NCBI GenBank assembly: GCA_002633005.1 | Contig: NMRA01000102.1 | Location: 874,924 to 938,923, forward strand | From: Phoronis australis | Taxonomy: Eukaryota > Animalia > Phoronida | Length of the DNA stretch: 64,000 nucleotides | Reading direction: 5' to 3' | Shown: piece after piece, positions 1 to 12,565 of the stretch | How the letters are laid out: each line of letters starts with the position of its first letter | Numbering within the stretch: the stretch's first letter is position 1 | Notes under the pieces: generated by a model | What the model saw: only the letters and a program-made list of their open reading frames with translations | Told to the model about the DNA's origin: nothing | Databases searched by the model: none | Translations under genes and position numbers: made by a program

Positions 1-2034
1 GTGAAGACTATTTACGGAGTATCAGGTCATAGACGAAATAACGGACCCCTGCATCATCCATTACGACGTATCTGTTCCAAAGCCAGATTAATTGCTCTCG
101 TGCTACACTGATGTTGACTATTTTCCAAAAATACTCATGTAAATGATCAGCCATACATGTACATACATGTGTGATTAAAACCCATTCAGCAGACCGCGTG
201 ATTTGTGCTCAAATGGGCGTAATTCAAAACAGTTTGTATAAGTAATCAATTACGAAGCAAATGGTCTAAGAATTCTACAAATTCGGGGAACATCAGTACC
301 TTTTTACAGGGGGTTGACTAACGCAAAACCATGCGTCATTTGTGATATTACATCTGTTAGAAGTTAATACATTGTTAGCATGTATTTTCCCTCTCTTTGT
401 CTCTCTACTCTACAGCAGCTCTAAAGGTTTCGCTTTATATTTAATGTATGACTATTTGTTTTCGTTGTGTCCTTGATTCACCTGAATTACGACTTTATTC
501 ATAAGATGCCAAAATCTAAGTTGATGGCTTTACAGAGGACAGGTTCTGTGACGTAGTTGCTCACTTGCCATAGAAAATAAAATCAAGCCTACGTTCTGTG
601 CACCCAAGACAATTGCCAAGCATCTGTGATAAGAAATATTCGCTTATCGAACGGAAATAGGGAATCGTGCTCAATATTCCATGAAATTTTGCGGAAGGAC
701 GTTAGTGAGCTCATGAGCGTAATCGAGAAGCATTCTTCTTTCACTCGCGTGATTTTCGTGACCTTTTTTCTGTGAGATTCATTCATCTTCGCAACACAAC
801 ACAAGGTAACGTGGTGTAAATCACGTTTCTAATCAGAAAATCTCGATCACGCAAGTGTCCAAAACACGCGAGTGCGTGAGAGCAAATGTTCGCGATTATG
901 CTCGAGACCATAGACATCGTTTTTAGATGACTAAACTTTAAACTTTGCTAGTATATATGTAGCTTACCAAAACTGCAGTCACCGACGTAAATCGGTGCGG
1001 TGAGAATATTGGATTAGGTAGATGATTTAATAAATTATTCGAAAGAATCATTGTTTCCGTCTCTTTGAGCCACGATTTCTCGCCACAGATGCATGGCTGA
1101 ATGTCACGGGCTCTCCTTTTGCTCCACGGAATGGATCCCGTACCTTAGTATGTCGAAAGATGACATCTTTTCTCCAAAACTGTCTAAAAGCAATTTGCCC
1201 GAATCATTAAATTGGCTCGCCAATTTAGCAGGGTCATCACGTTTACAAACTGTGTCCAATTTTACAAGGTAACTAGCAACACATTTTAGTGATTTAGTTT
1301 TATCAAATACATGTCAGTGGCATAAATCTTGAGATACATGTACACTAGTGTCTGTAGGAGCCATGGGCATTGAACACACGGGATAGTCGGATATGATACG
1401 TTTATTCTGAACAAGGTTGACGTTATGCTTACTGTCCGACAAGGCCGGTTTCACTGAAACAAATATGACGAATAATAAGTCTTTGGAGATACAGCGTTCA
1501 CGTTACAATACAATAAAGATATTCCACGTAATACAGCATGGGCTAATTAAACAGTCTTACAAAATACGAGAAACAGCCAGTGAACTCTACGGTAATATGC
1601 GGAAAAATAGTATAAACTTACAATGATATAGGCTCTAGGCTCCATAAAAACATCGTTAGCGTTGTACGCGTTACCAGTATAGCGGTTCATGTCAAGAAGG
1701 CCAGATAGTACCGGAAAGTCTGTTATATAAGAAGCTTAACCAATTGACACACGTAGTATGACGTAACCTTACGCACTGCAAAATAAAATAGTGCATCAAC
1801 AGTGTCTGTTTAAACCAGCGTGTGGTTCCGAGAAACCGCTCAAACTAAAGACTCTGCTATAGTATGTGGTCGAGTTGCCGAATCTCGACCGGTGAGGATG
1901 TCAACGTAGGATTCTTTTCTGGCCAAGATTAAAATGGGTCCTAGGTCTTGGCCTACAGCAAGGCTTAATGTAACACTTAACCACTTTTTGGAATAAACCT
2001 TTAAATGCTGTGACGTTCATTCCGTGAATAATGG

Positions 2035-2255
2035 TTAACAGGCTTTTGGTTTCCATTCACCTGTTGGTGACTTCAAACTTGTCAAGTTTCGCCCCAAGCG
2101 AACACCGTCCTCCCGATATCGTGGACTGTCTTCTCCAGCACATGGCTTAGGCGGCAACTTGGTTTCATCCCTTGGTGAAAGCCAGGCTTCCTTTTGTAGG
2201 ATTATAGTTTGTCGGTTAAGCTCCGGTGTTGAGCATCTTCGCAGTAAACCAGGTT
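2035..2255 (-). CDS. Putative terminal exon of the TIR-ZU5/UPA-like gene (low-complexity C-terminal tail)
   Basis: Acceptor ctcatttcag|AA CCT at 2256/2255 is phase 1, matching the phase-1 donor of exon 5039-4979; reads EPGLLRRCSTPEL...KPKAC to TAA. Confidence 0.4.
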
Positions 2256-2853
2256 CTGAAATGAGATCGACTAATAAGCAACGCTGCCATGCAGCCACGT
2301 GGTGCGTAAAGTGACAACGGCTGCACTTGATCGAGTTCGCCTGTTCCGTCGGGTCAAGGTTTTAAAGAAGTCGTTCTCAACAATCAACCAGACGCCTCAG
2401 TGAGTTGATCGGCGGTGCAGGCGAAGTCAATCAAATGACTAGAATCTCGCCTAAACTCGTACCAGAGCATTACAGTTGGCTTGGGGCTCATTAGAGATTA
2501 CATCGTTATAAGCGATTACACATTCCTGAACTCAGTAAGGTACAAACTCTAAGCCTAGCTGGATTTTTGCATGCCTCTTTAAAGGCGAAGGCAACCTTTT
2601 TCCATGTCATTTTGAGCTAAAATAATGTTGGTTGGTTATCCTAGACATATTTTCCACTTAATTACAGCTTTTCGTAATTTTATTAATTACTCGTCCGCTA
2701 CGCCGGAAGTGACGTTTTAGGAGGCAAGCATTTCGCGCCAATTTCTTTTCATATACATGTAGTCTGACTGTGAGAGCTGCCGAGTCGGTCATTGTTCTAC
2801 CTCGGTTGTGTTAAGTTCCGTCGTCGTTTGCTTTCATTTACTAGTCAGTCAAC

Positions 2854-3949
2854 ATGCCACACAGTTGCTGCGTACCAGGATGTACTAATTATCGGCTCAC
2901 GCGCGCTTTGGGAGTACCTTTGCATCGCTTTCCGATAGATGACAAACTTCGCCGTACTTGGCTCGTTCGAGTGAAGAACGCAGCGTTACCCGTACACGCA
3001 ACGTACAAAGCAGTGGAGAATTACCGTGTGTGTGGCAAGCACTTTCTGCCGTCCGATTTTGAAAGGGATTTGTACGCTGAACTGTTGAAGGTCCCTGCGA
3101 AACAACGTCTGAAGAAGGATGCCATTTCGTCTGTGTTGATTCCCGGCAGTTCCCCGTCGCCACCCCCGAGAAGTCCGTTTTTGAAGCGAGAAGCCTCGCG
3201 AGCTGTGGCCAGTACAGTGACTGGAGCCAGTGGAGGCACTTCATCTACTGTCACCCGTGCCTCCGAACGTACCCCAGAGCGTGCAATTCCTGGAACCAGT
3301 AGTGATTCACCCTGTGCTGTTTTCTCCAGCCCAGAGCCTCTAAGCAGCCCTGCAGCGATATTGAGTAGTGGGAGTGATTACAGGCCCAGTTCGACACCCA
3401 GTGAAGAGGACAGTTCGTCGTCCAGTGAACAGATCGGTGAGCCAAACTTTGATAAGTTTATTGTGGACTTGTCTAAAGTGTTGGAGCTATTTAGAAGGTG
3501 CCAGGTGTGTGGCGAGGGAGTCACACGACACAATGTAAGCAGTTTGGGTGCTCAGGTCACCATCCAGTGGGAGTGTGTCACGGGACACTCTGGCAAGTGG
3601 GACAGTTGTTCCTCTGTCCGTGGTATGCCGGAGGTCCACTTAACCATGTCCAGTGGTGTGCTCTTCACTGGAAACACGTTTCAGTCGGTGAAGACAATGA
3701 TGGACTTTGGAAAAGTCAAGTTTTTTTTCGAAAACAACATTCAACAACATTCAGAATTCCTATTTAATACCAGTTGTCAATGACGCATACATGTCACAAC
3801 ATCTCGAGTTGGTGGCGGAATTCATGGAGAAGGAGAACTTGTCTGACTCACCAGGGCGGTCCGCCAAGTATACCACATACACTCTAATGGAGGAAGAGAC
3901 CAAAAAGATAATTGATGTGGAACTCGGAACAGCACAAGCATTCAATTGA
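2854..3949 (+). pseudogene. Kolobok THAP-domain transposase, frameshifted and truncated
   Basis: THAP motif CCVPGC...LHRFP...W...VCGKHF, then CxxC...CxxGH zinc motif. Frameshift at the T-run near 3721; next frame gives DSPGRSAKYTTYTLM (Kolobok-type DSPGxSAKY motif), then breaks off. Confidence 0.8.
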
Positions 3950-4198
3950 GGTAGGCATAACAACGCACACAGTGCATTTGCACCAAGATGTGTCACCACG
4001 TCTGTCTTCAGTAGCCGCCTCGTTTCTCTCAACAGCTGCCTGTGCCTGTGTGTACTCTGCCTCGTTGTACTCGGGCTCAAACATGTACCCACCCACTGAA
4101 TGTCCGTGAAAAAATTCCTCGTCACCACTGCTGTGAACAAGGTCTCCGTCACTCACACTACTGTCACTGTGATACGGGTCACCGACTCCAGCCATTTT
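3884..4198 (-). pseudogene. KolX-like (P2X7 ballast-like Cys-rich) N-terminal fragment
   Basis: GYMFEPEY...WCKCTVCVVMPTSIECLCCSE fits the YxFEP + WCxCxxC..M....E..CC signature; convergent with the transposase inside the TIRs; truncated. Confidence 0.75.
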
Positions 4199-4978
4199 CA
4201 GCTTACAACACACTAAACAATCCCTAAATCCAACGCAGTTGAGTTCTCTACTAACCTATCTTGCCGCAGAATACTCGCCGATGGAAAGTGGTGGCGACAA
4301 TTGTTGAAAAACAGCACAAAACAAAAGATTCGCACGGTAAAGTCAACGCAAAACCAAGTGGCGGGAAACGCTTGCCTCATAAAACGTCACTTCCGGAGTA
4401 GCGGACGAGTAATTTATAAAATTACGAAAAGCTGTAATTAAGTCGAAAATATGTCTAGCATAACCAACCAACCTTATGTTAGTTCAAAATGACATGGAAA
4501 AAGGTTGCCTTCGCCTTAAACGGTGTCAATGTAAATCTGCCTGTGACTCAGCACAGCAGTGACTTAGGCAGATGACTATTTACATGTCGTTTAAGCTGGA
4601 ACTTGATTATCCATAGATTTAAGAAAACACTTGAGTAAAATCCTGACATTATGAGTTCGGACTTGAAATGCTGGTGTCATCAAGTGCAAACCAAAGTGTG
4701 CCAGTTATTGAGGTAAACTATAATGTACTCTAGCACAGACTACATGTAATAGCCACCCATCTTACTTTCTTATGAGAATAGAACGGGGAAGGTAAAAAAT
4801 ATTTTCTAATCCGTTTTCAAGTATAAATATTATACATTCGGCTCGTTGTAACGGATGCATCTCGCCTGGCGTGAAATTGAAATCCGGCCAAATCGATTAA
4901 TTTTTAACCTTTTTCTTTACTCACATGTGCAACTGTAATCCGAAACCCTGCACCAATATAATGAATATAAAAACTCAC

Positions 4979-5039
4979 CTTTCCAGGTTATTTCAGGAAC
5001 TGGTCCCTTTAGGTTTTTGCCATGCAGGAATCGACTTGC
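4979..5039 (-). CDS. 61-bp internal exon of the TIR-ZU5/UPA-like gene
   Basis: Acceptor ttcattcgtcag| and donor AAAG|gtgagt; open ASRFLHGKNLKGPVPEITWK; phase 0 in, phase 1 out, fitting both neighbours. Confidence 0.55.
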
Positions 5040-5263
5040 CTGACGAATGAAAATGATAGACAGTTATCAAAATATTTTCAAGTTTGTTCCGCACGCCACC
5101 TGTTGGGTACGTCACGTGACCTAATAAGTGTGGACAACAGGTGGCGAGCGGACAACAAATAAAAAGGTTTGTTTAATGTTTGCACATCCACATAGTTTGA
5201 GTTTGTTAACACTCGTAACAGGAGGTTCTTGAAAAAAGCAAAATCAGGAAAGACCTTATATGA

Positions 5264-5264
<1 letters not shown>

Positions 5265-5298
<34 letters not shown>

Positions 5299-5346
5299 TA
5301 TGTATATTTATATTTATATTTATATTTATATTTATATATATATATA
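5265..5346. repeat. (TA)n / (TATATT)n microsatellite
   Basis: Directly visible simple repeat. Confidence 0.95.
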
Positions 5347-6418
5347 TGCTCAGAAGGTTACAGGCTTGTGCTGGGAAAATGGTCACAAAAGTGATTGGTC
5401 TGCTAGGTTTCGATAGGATTGAAATCCTAAATTACATGTATGGGATTGAACTTACTGTTCCCGTTCCAAGAGTGAATAATGTCCGCCATAAATGCAAGCT
5501 GGTATCTTATTTTCTACGTAACTTTGCACTTGGTCCATGCCAGCATATGGCGATCACTGCACTAAACTCATGTTAAGCGTAAACCAGTATGTTTACAACA
5601 AGTTGGGACACATTCAAACGTTGAGGCAATTTGTGGCTGACCCACTACCATTTCTGGCCTCTTTCCTCACAATGCATAGTAACGTACATGTACATGTACA
5701 TCTACATGTATACCTGTGCATACTGCCCTGTAATACCCGACTGGAGTATTGTGAAGAACGCTTGTTTTGCGAAAGGTTTTGTGATAATAAATCGAAACGT
5801 CGACTAAACAAATGCCGTTGCTTACCTATGCGCTGATTTTAACATTATAATTTGAGTTTGCTCATCTCACCGGAAATGTACTGAATCATGAACTGCGGAA
5901 ACAGAGAACATGAACTGCATGTACATGTACATAACTGTTTCTTGGCATTTTCAGACTAATCGCTTTGTTTGTCAGACGCATTTTTTCGAGATAACTGATT
6001 ACACATGGCTTTCATAACTCCCATTTTCGACTAAAATTCGACTAAAAGGAAACAAACGTGGTCTCTCAGGGCTCAATCGCGCGTGCAAAAATGATACTGA
6101 GTCATTTGCAGATCCGGAAAGTACGGTACGAAGAATCAGAGACCTATTTAATGAAAAGCGACTGGAGACTTACGACAGAACTTACGGTCCATCCAGTTAT
6201 TTCTATTTCTAAATAGTAATCAAATCTGACAAAAGCAAAAGTAAAAAGTCTCATTCAATGTTTTCATCCATTATTTCTAGCCCGTGATGCGGTCCAAAAT
6301 TACTTGGTTAAACATATATGCAGCAATTGTGACCAAATTTCTGTCTTACGTCGTAAGCTAGGTTTCATGAAACGGACAAAATCGAAAAACAAGGATGCAT
6401 ACATACATGTACGTGTAC

Positions 6419-6896
6419 CAGTTCGCAATTAAATTCAAAAATCTGTATTTCTTTTATCTTTACTTCATTCCCCTCCGTCCCTTCTTTCTCCTCGTCTACG
6501 GGGCAAAAAATCTTAATTTGGTTGCAAACATCTGTCAGGGACACAGTCGCTCGCCTCTCACCATGCTTGTGTAAGTCAATCGTTGCTGGTACATATGCAT
6601 GTTTCCAGCCAGCTTTGATGTCCAGGGTCACGTCTAAGGACCTGTTAATCATTGATTTCGGCAGACGTACGAACGCCTGTCGTTGCCAGAAGGAGGCGCT
6701 TCTGCTTAAATCGTCGAGGTATTCATCGTCTAAAGGGCTCATGCAACGTAATGTTACTCTCCGCTTGTCGGAACTAAGCATTGCGTTAAATCGCTGGTAG
6801 TTTTTGGAAAAATAATCGCTCATGGCTCCAAGAACGCAGCTTGGTAATTTGGTCATGTCTTCCAAAGACATATGGTCTACCTCGCAGAGTAGATAC
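6419..6896 (-). CDS. Exon, end of ZU5-like plus UPA-like region
   Basis: Acceptor tttattttag|G is phase 2 and completes GT|G (Val) from the previous exon; 159 open codons (YLLCEVDHMSLED...RRVTLRCMSPLDD...FEFNCEL); weak donor |gtacac. Confidence 0.65.
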
Positions 6897-7256
6897 CTAA
6901 AAATAAAGTTGGTTACTCATGGTGGAAATGTCGATTTCCAAGAAGTTAAGCTGAATTAAATTGAGATAATTTATGAACTCAAAAAAAGTTTCCTACACTC
7001 CAACGTCATTGTTTCTAAGTCCAATTCATTCAGCTGAACGTATGTCTTTAAAGAACAACGCTACTGTGAGAAATAACATGTCAATTTCTAGAATAATGAC
7101 GTAAAACATTCTGCATGTAAATTAGAGTGCATGTATGCCGTATAGCTCAACTATCCTAAGGATTTCAGAAATAGCATTCATGCTTGTCCTATAGCATATT
7201 CAGGTAGTGCTTCTTGGGAATAGGTTTTCCTCATATTTCTTGTGTAACGAACTTAC

Positions 7257-7594
7257 ACGCCGTATTTCTTGAGCTCCAGTTCAAAGCATGCCGCTTGATC
7301 ATTCCACGCAAGTTGTGAATGATACGTTACGTCCGACCAATTTCCACCGAAGAAGTTAGCAGTCTTAGAGAACATGATGCGATAGTCCTTCGCCGGATTC
7401 GAAGCTTGCAGAAACCACAGCCATAGTCGGGCTTTGATGTTTAGGTTAGCGTTGTCACTGGCGCTACATTCTGCACTTCTTGCCGGATTTACAGCAAGGA
7501 AGTACAATGGCCTCACACTAGGTATCAGCGGCGCGAAAGCCGCTGGGTTGGCATCAATGACCCATTTCATTACCTGCGCCGGGGGCCTCATTCT
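7257..7594 (-). CDS. Exon, ZU5-like domain
   Basis: Acceptor ttctttcacttcgcag| and donor |gtaagt; IMFSKT...WSDVT...FELELKKYG resembles a PIDD/ankyrin-type ZU5 C-terminal half. Confidence 0.7.
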
Positions 7595-7804
7595 CTGCGA
7601 AGTGAAAGAAAATATCCAATAAATGTTCAACTCTCCCGTAAAGGGTATTCAAACGGTGTGTCACAATTATATTTAGTGATACCTTTAATTTGATTAGCAT
7701 TTGTAGTAATTTTTGGAAGTAATCCATTGCTTAAAACAGGGATAATATATACCACAACAAAATCGTAACCTATGTAACGCCAACTAATAGCTACTACTAC
7801 AACA

Positions 7805-10795
7805 TCTTCCCTTTAAAACAAAAGCCTCGAAAAAGGCAAATGTCTCTTAGAATAAACCAATGACTTTTAAGAACAAATGTCTTTTATGAACTAAGCCTAA
7901 CACTGTTCTAACAATCTCGTTGTATATCTAACCATCCTCAGAGACTGAATGGTTGTAAACCAGAAGCTTTGGTGACTGAGTGGTCAACACCAATGTCATT
8001 GTTCATCTGTTTGAGATTAAAAGTATTGCAGATTCGGTTATCCTCAAAGCTGACCGATTATGACGAATAACCTTTCCATCTTCCTATGCAATATGATAAG
8101 ACCGAGGCGAGGGATCCTTCGCATTATAATGTCTTTCACGATCAATATCCTTCATACACGACCTCCTGTACGGGTGAATCTTTTACTTTATGGCAGTGAA
8201 CTTACTGTTGTACCGAACGTAACCGCTGAACCCACTCTTTCGACTGAACAGAACTATGATCGATTGAACTCGGCATCAATAACTCGGGATGAGTAGGCAG
8301 AGTTGTGCGTAGTCGGCGTCCCATAATCAGTTCGCTAGGTGACAAGCCGCTCTGTAGTGGGCTTGGTCTTTATGATAACAACTCTAAGTGCAAGTCTCCT
8401 TTCCCTTCCCCAAACATCTGCTTAACGGTCTGCACTGCATGCTCTGCTGCAACATTTGACTGAGGGCACCGAGGCCAACTAAAGACTTGAACAGTCACAC
8501 TTCCTCGCGCATATTGCGGACCGTTATCCGAATCGACAACGCTTGGAATAACATGTCTCGCAAAGAATGACTTCTTATGATAAATAATGCATAGACCATA
8601 TAATGACTCAAGGAGAATCATCTCGATAAACCTCGAGTGGTTGAAAATAATGAGGATACACCTTGAAAGAAAAGAATGTCCCTGCCCACTGTTTCCCATG
8701 ATCTTTTTGGATACATCGACGGCATCAACAGGTAGGTCGAGTTTCGAAGTTTCGCACATGTCGAAAAGCTTTTTAACATCGACTCAATGTGTCGAGACTT
8801 GACAAGCCATCAAACGGATTGACGAGTTCTATCACGGCATTTTGTAATGCCTATATACCCTTCAAGAAGAAAAGCGTGTTCATCTAGTCGCATTTTCTGT
8901 GGTATGACCTGGCGATTATACTGCATGGTGTGGTGACCACTAACACCCAGTAGGGGTTTAAAAAGGTACCTGTAGCCGAGAAATAACGAACCCAATCAGA
9001 ACGAACGCAATTAGTGACATTTGAGCAGACGGCATCCAGTTTAACACCGAGTTTTATGTATTTCAATGTGACACTAGACGCCTTCTTAGCACCAAGGTGT
9101 TTCAGGAAGTTCTCAGTTTCTGACGCAACAAGCTCATCAACCACTAAGGAGTCGAATCTGGAAACAGCGCCAGCTGCAACGTTATGGCTCCCTGGCATAT
9201 ACTCTACCGTATAGCCTAGCGGTGCCGCGTTAAACGTAGACGGAGGCTTATCAAGATCAACGTCATTCAATAACGTAATCAAAGGCAAGTACGAATGACA
9301 ATAGGCATGCCAACAAGAACGTTCCAATGGTTGCATATCGTTTTCCTGTGTCAGTAAATGATCTCGAAGCTGCCGAGACTGACATCAGTGAACCATCATC
9401 TTGCACCTGATAAAGAGTAGCTCCAATCCCATGGTTACTAGCATCGCTCTGCAAAATTGTTTTGCGATTAACATCATACACAGCAAGAACTTCTGCAGCT
9501 TCGCTTTGTGCAGGTCCCCAGACCCATTCAACGTTTCTCCGTAATACTTCATGTAGAGGTTGCGTAGTCTCGGAAATACGGATAGAGAACCCTCCGTACT
9601 GGATCACCGCCCCAAGACAACTTTGCAACTCCTCATGAGTGCATGGTAACGCATAGAACTTGGATGGATATTGGACGTATCAATATAAAGTGAGAGAAAT
9701 TTGACACTAACTGACGCAAATGTGCACTTTCTCACTTGGGCTTAACGGCATACCTGCTTTGCGAAGATGAGACAAGAATTCTCAGGTACAATGAGCACAG
9801 GTAGATCCCTTAGTCACTTTTCTTGTCGACAAGAGTAGGTTGTTAATGGCCATAATACCTGACGTCACGTTGGTGAAGCTAAGTCTTAAAGTTGCCTGCC
9901 ACACTTGTCTACTACTGTCACCCACACCTCTACGTGACCTCTAATACCTTCCACGTTGCACATGTCCGGTACAGTCAAATCACTTTCCCAGCCTGGTTGC
10001 TCTGATACAGGTGGTACGATGTCGTCTCCATTACTTATATATGGGTAGTTGGTCACGTTGATCTTCTTCAATCACAGACTTATCGGCCGTGATGATTAAA
10101 CGTCATTCTTGTCTTGCCATTTGCTTGTTAACGCCCACTTCTGCTCGATAAAATTGTTGTTATTGTCATGACGCCAATAATTGTTCTGACTGGATTTGTT
10201 CTAATTGCTAATTCCATGCCTGGTCTTCTGCCTTTCTTTTGCACAGACTTCACCAACAAGCTCATTGCTGTTCAAAACAACATCACAGATACTGAGTAAC
10301 CAGTGACGATTTCAACTTAAGTTTCTTGTCATGTTACCCACATTGACAACTGTATGTACATATTGAATCTGTCGCATTAATCTAGCAGCCAATTAACAAA
10401 AGCCTTAGGTGCTAACTCATAATGACTGGGAGTGCGAGTCATTAAACTCAACTTGGCTTTCGTATGAGCGAAACAATCTGATCATTGAAAATCCGTGAAG
10501 AATTGGGCCGCCGTTGCTGGAGAATCTAGTACAAGAGAGAATTCAATGCTAAGATAATAACCCGAAAGGTGCAGCCATTGCAGTAGGGAGTAGGCGTAAT
10601 GCTAACTTTGCTTGGCTTAAGATTGGACAGTCATTTAAATTCACTAACTAAAACCGTGAATGAGTCATTTTTAAACAAGGAGCCCGATCGATCGTCCAGG
10701 CGTATTTGCGTATTCAGGCATTAGCCTATTCCGTCCTTTCCAAGCTCCTTTGTTACAGCATCTGTCCTCGCCAATTCCTCACTTCGACGTATACC
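7805..10795 (-). mobile_element. Decayed Ty3/Gypsy LTR retrotransposon internal region (intronic)
   Basis: Fragmented pol in Gypsy order: RT-connection/RNase H (WVWGPAQ, TILQSDASNHGIGATLYQ, YMPGSHNVAA), then integrase (SDNGPQY, PQSNVAAEHAVQTVK). Polypurine tract AAAGGGAAGA|TGT at ~7814-7802; possible PBS TGGT at ~10795. Many stops and frameshifts; paired LTRs not found. Confidence 0.85.
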
Positions 10796-11231
10796 ACATG
10801 CTATCATCAGCGGATTGTGGAATTATTGATAAATTATTGAGAAACGTGGGGATATTTTACGTCTACATGGGGTAGATACAGAAGTTCATGCGTACTTCAC
10901 TTGTTTATCTCGGTCACGCTCTGGGAAATGGAGGTTACGTGCACTCTTCATAATATTTATTAACCGTGACTTTGAGACCGCCAACTTTTGTCGACGTTTA
11001 TTTTGTGGATGAAAATAGACGGGTTTGTTGAAGCAAATTCAAAAGCTTGTGAAAACCCTTTAACTCGTGTCTAGGTTCCATTGCAATTAATTTGAAACTA
11101 ATATCGTATGATGAAAAACTAGGATTCAGCAACTCTGGAATCAAACAGCACCGAGATACTCTGTTGGATTTGCTATCCATAACTTTCCTAGAAGACATTT
11201 TATCTATGTAAAAACATGAATACTGACTTAC

Positions 11232-11417
11232 CTCAACGACAAGATCTGCCTTGTTCTGTCCTAAGTTATGAAGTTCGATACCTCTGCCTAGAATGACTTT
11301 CGGAGAGCCAGCTGCGAAGGCCACTACTACAGTCTTAACGTCCAAAACAGCATGTTGATGAGGGCCTGTTTTAACGAGACAGAACACCTTGTAACCGGGC
11401 CACACTTCTTCGTATAT
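11232..11417 (-). CDS. Exon, N-terminal half of ZU5-like domain (5' boundary uncertain)
   Basis: Strong donor GAG|gtaagt, phase 0, matches the 7594 acceptor; VVAFAAGSPKVILGRGIELHN...LVVE. Candidate acceptor gtgtag| is phase 0 and does not match the phase-1 TIR donor. Confidence 0.5.
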
Positions 11418-11539
11418 CTACACAAGTTGCTGGATAATGACCTCATGCATACTCACAGAAAGTTAAAATCTGCATGAAACAGTGCTCAGGTGCATTTTCT
11501 ATGTATTTCAATTTAGCAAAATAAATTTTTTCAAGTATA

Positions 11540-11735
11540 CAGCCTATTCATGCAGTTGCCATTTAAAAGTGGGCCTCTTTTTAGGTTTTAAAAACAATGC
11601 ATTTTACGCTTAAATACAACACAAAGCTCAAAGCGTGATTTTTTCGCGTGCCTTTTTATATTCATGTATCAAATGCAATTATTTTAACTTAAAAAAGGCA
11701 CACTACTAAAATGGCGACTGTGTGAATAAGGTCTG
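11540..11735. mobile_element. MITE-like palindromic element
   Basis: CAGCCTATTCATGCAGTTGCCATTT...AAAATGGCGACTGTGTGAATAAGGTCTG imperfect terminal inverted repeats. Confidence 0.6.
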
Positions 11736-12310
11736 TGTTGGCCTATCGTAATTTGCAAGTGTATGCATTACTTGTCAATTAATATAAACTTTATAATTCA
11801 ACTTGCAACGTCTTAATAATTCGAAGCGTCGTTGTATTTCGTCATGATAATATCAAACATGGCGGGTATGGCGGCCGTTTTGTTTTCAAAATCACACTTA
11901 AACGCTTCTTTAAACTGCATGCTTGTTATAATTTACCCAGAAGCTACAAACATGTATATGTAAACAACACGTGTGCTGCAAATAAGGAAAGTTTCAACAG
12001 ATTGTGTCTTGGAAATTTGCTGAAGTATTGCAATCTTTGCCTAGAATACAATGTTGTCATTATTTTTGAGTTATTCAAATGTGCCATTTTCACCTAAAAT
12101 TGACACTGAAGATGGCGGCTGTGGACGCTTTTTTTTTGTAGTTATCACTTACATGTAGCTTGGAGTTGCTTATGTTCATATGGAACTGTGAAACTTTTTC
12201 TCAAACTAATGGCCTTAAATTTGAGAAGCGTGATAAAATAAAAAGACTAAATTACGGACCCTTAAAATAGAACTTGAAATCAGTTATTTTTTGGTGTTTT
12301 CTAATCTATG

Positions 12311-12565
12311 TTTGTGCGAACTCATAATGAGTGACTGATATTCTGTGCTCGAGTGCAAAATGGCTTCGGTAAATAACTTTCTAAACTAAGTTCGCACTAA
12401 ATGACCCCATCGTTGAGGCTAAAACTTTGAGTATGTGCTTTTAATTGAGATTTTAGATCGAATATATGGGACATCACATGCGACTTTGGACTAGAAACTC
12501 ATTTGCCTAAACTATAACGTATTTGAGCACAGAATAATAGACACTTATCTTGAGTTATCACGAAA
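12311..12565. repeat. Imperfect inverted repeat (MITE remnant)
   Basis: AACTCATAATGAGTG...TATTCTGTGCTC pairs with GAGCACAGAATA...CACTTATCTTGAGTT. Confidence 0.45.

Larger units (their letters stand above)
2583..4516. mobile_element. Kolobok DNA transposon, internally deleted
   Basis: ~160-bp imperfect TIRs (AGGCGAAGGCAACCTTTTTCCATGTCATTTTGA... at 2583-2740, inverse at ~4359-4516), flanked by TTAA left and TAAA right. Contains convergent THAP-transposase and KolX-like ORFs, the Kolobok layout. Confidence 0.85.

Noticed and set aside
2854-3783. Host THAP transcription factor or P element
   Set aside because: Enclosed by TIRs at a TTAA site with convergent KolX, and frameshifted into a Kolobok transposase motif.
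5078-5576. IYIY-rich ORFs
   Set aside because: Translation of a TA microsatellite.
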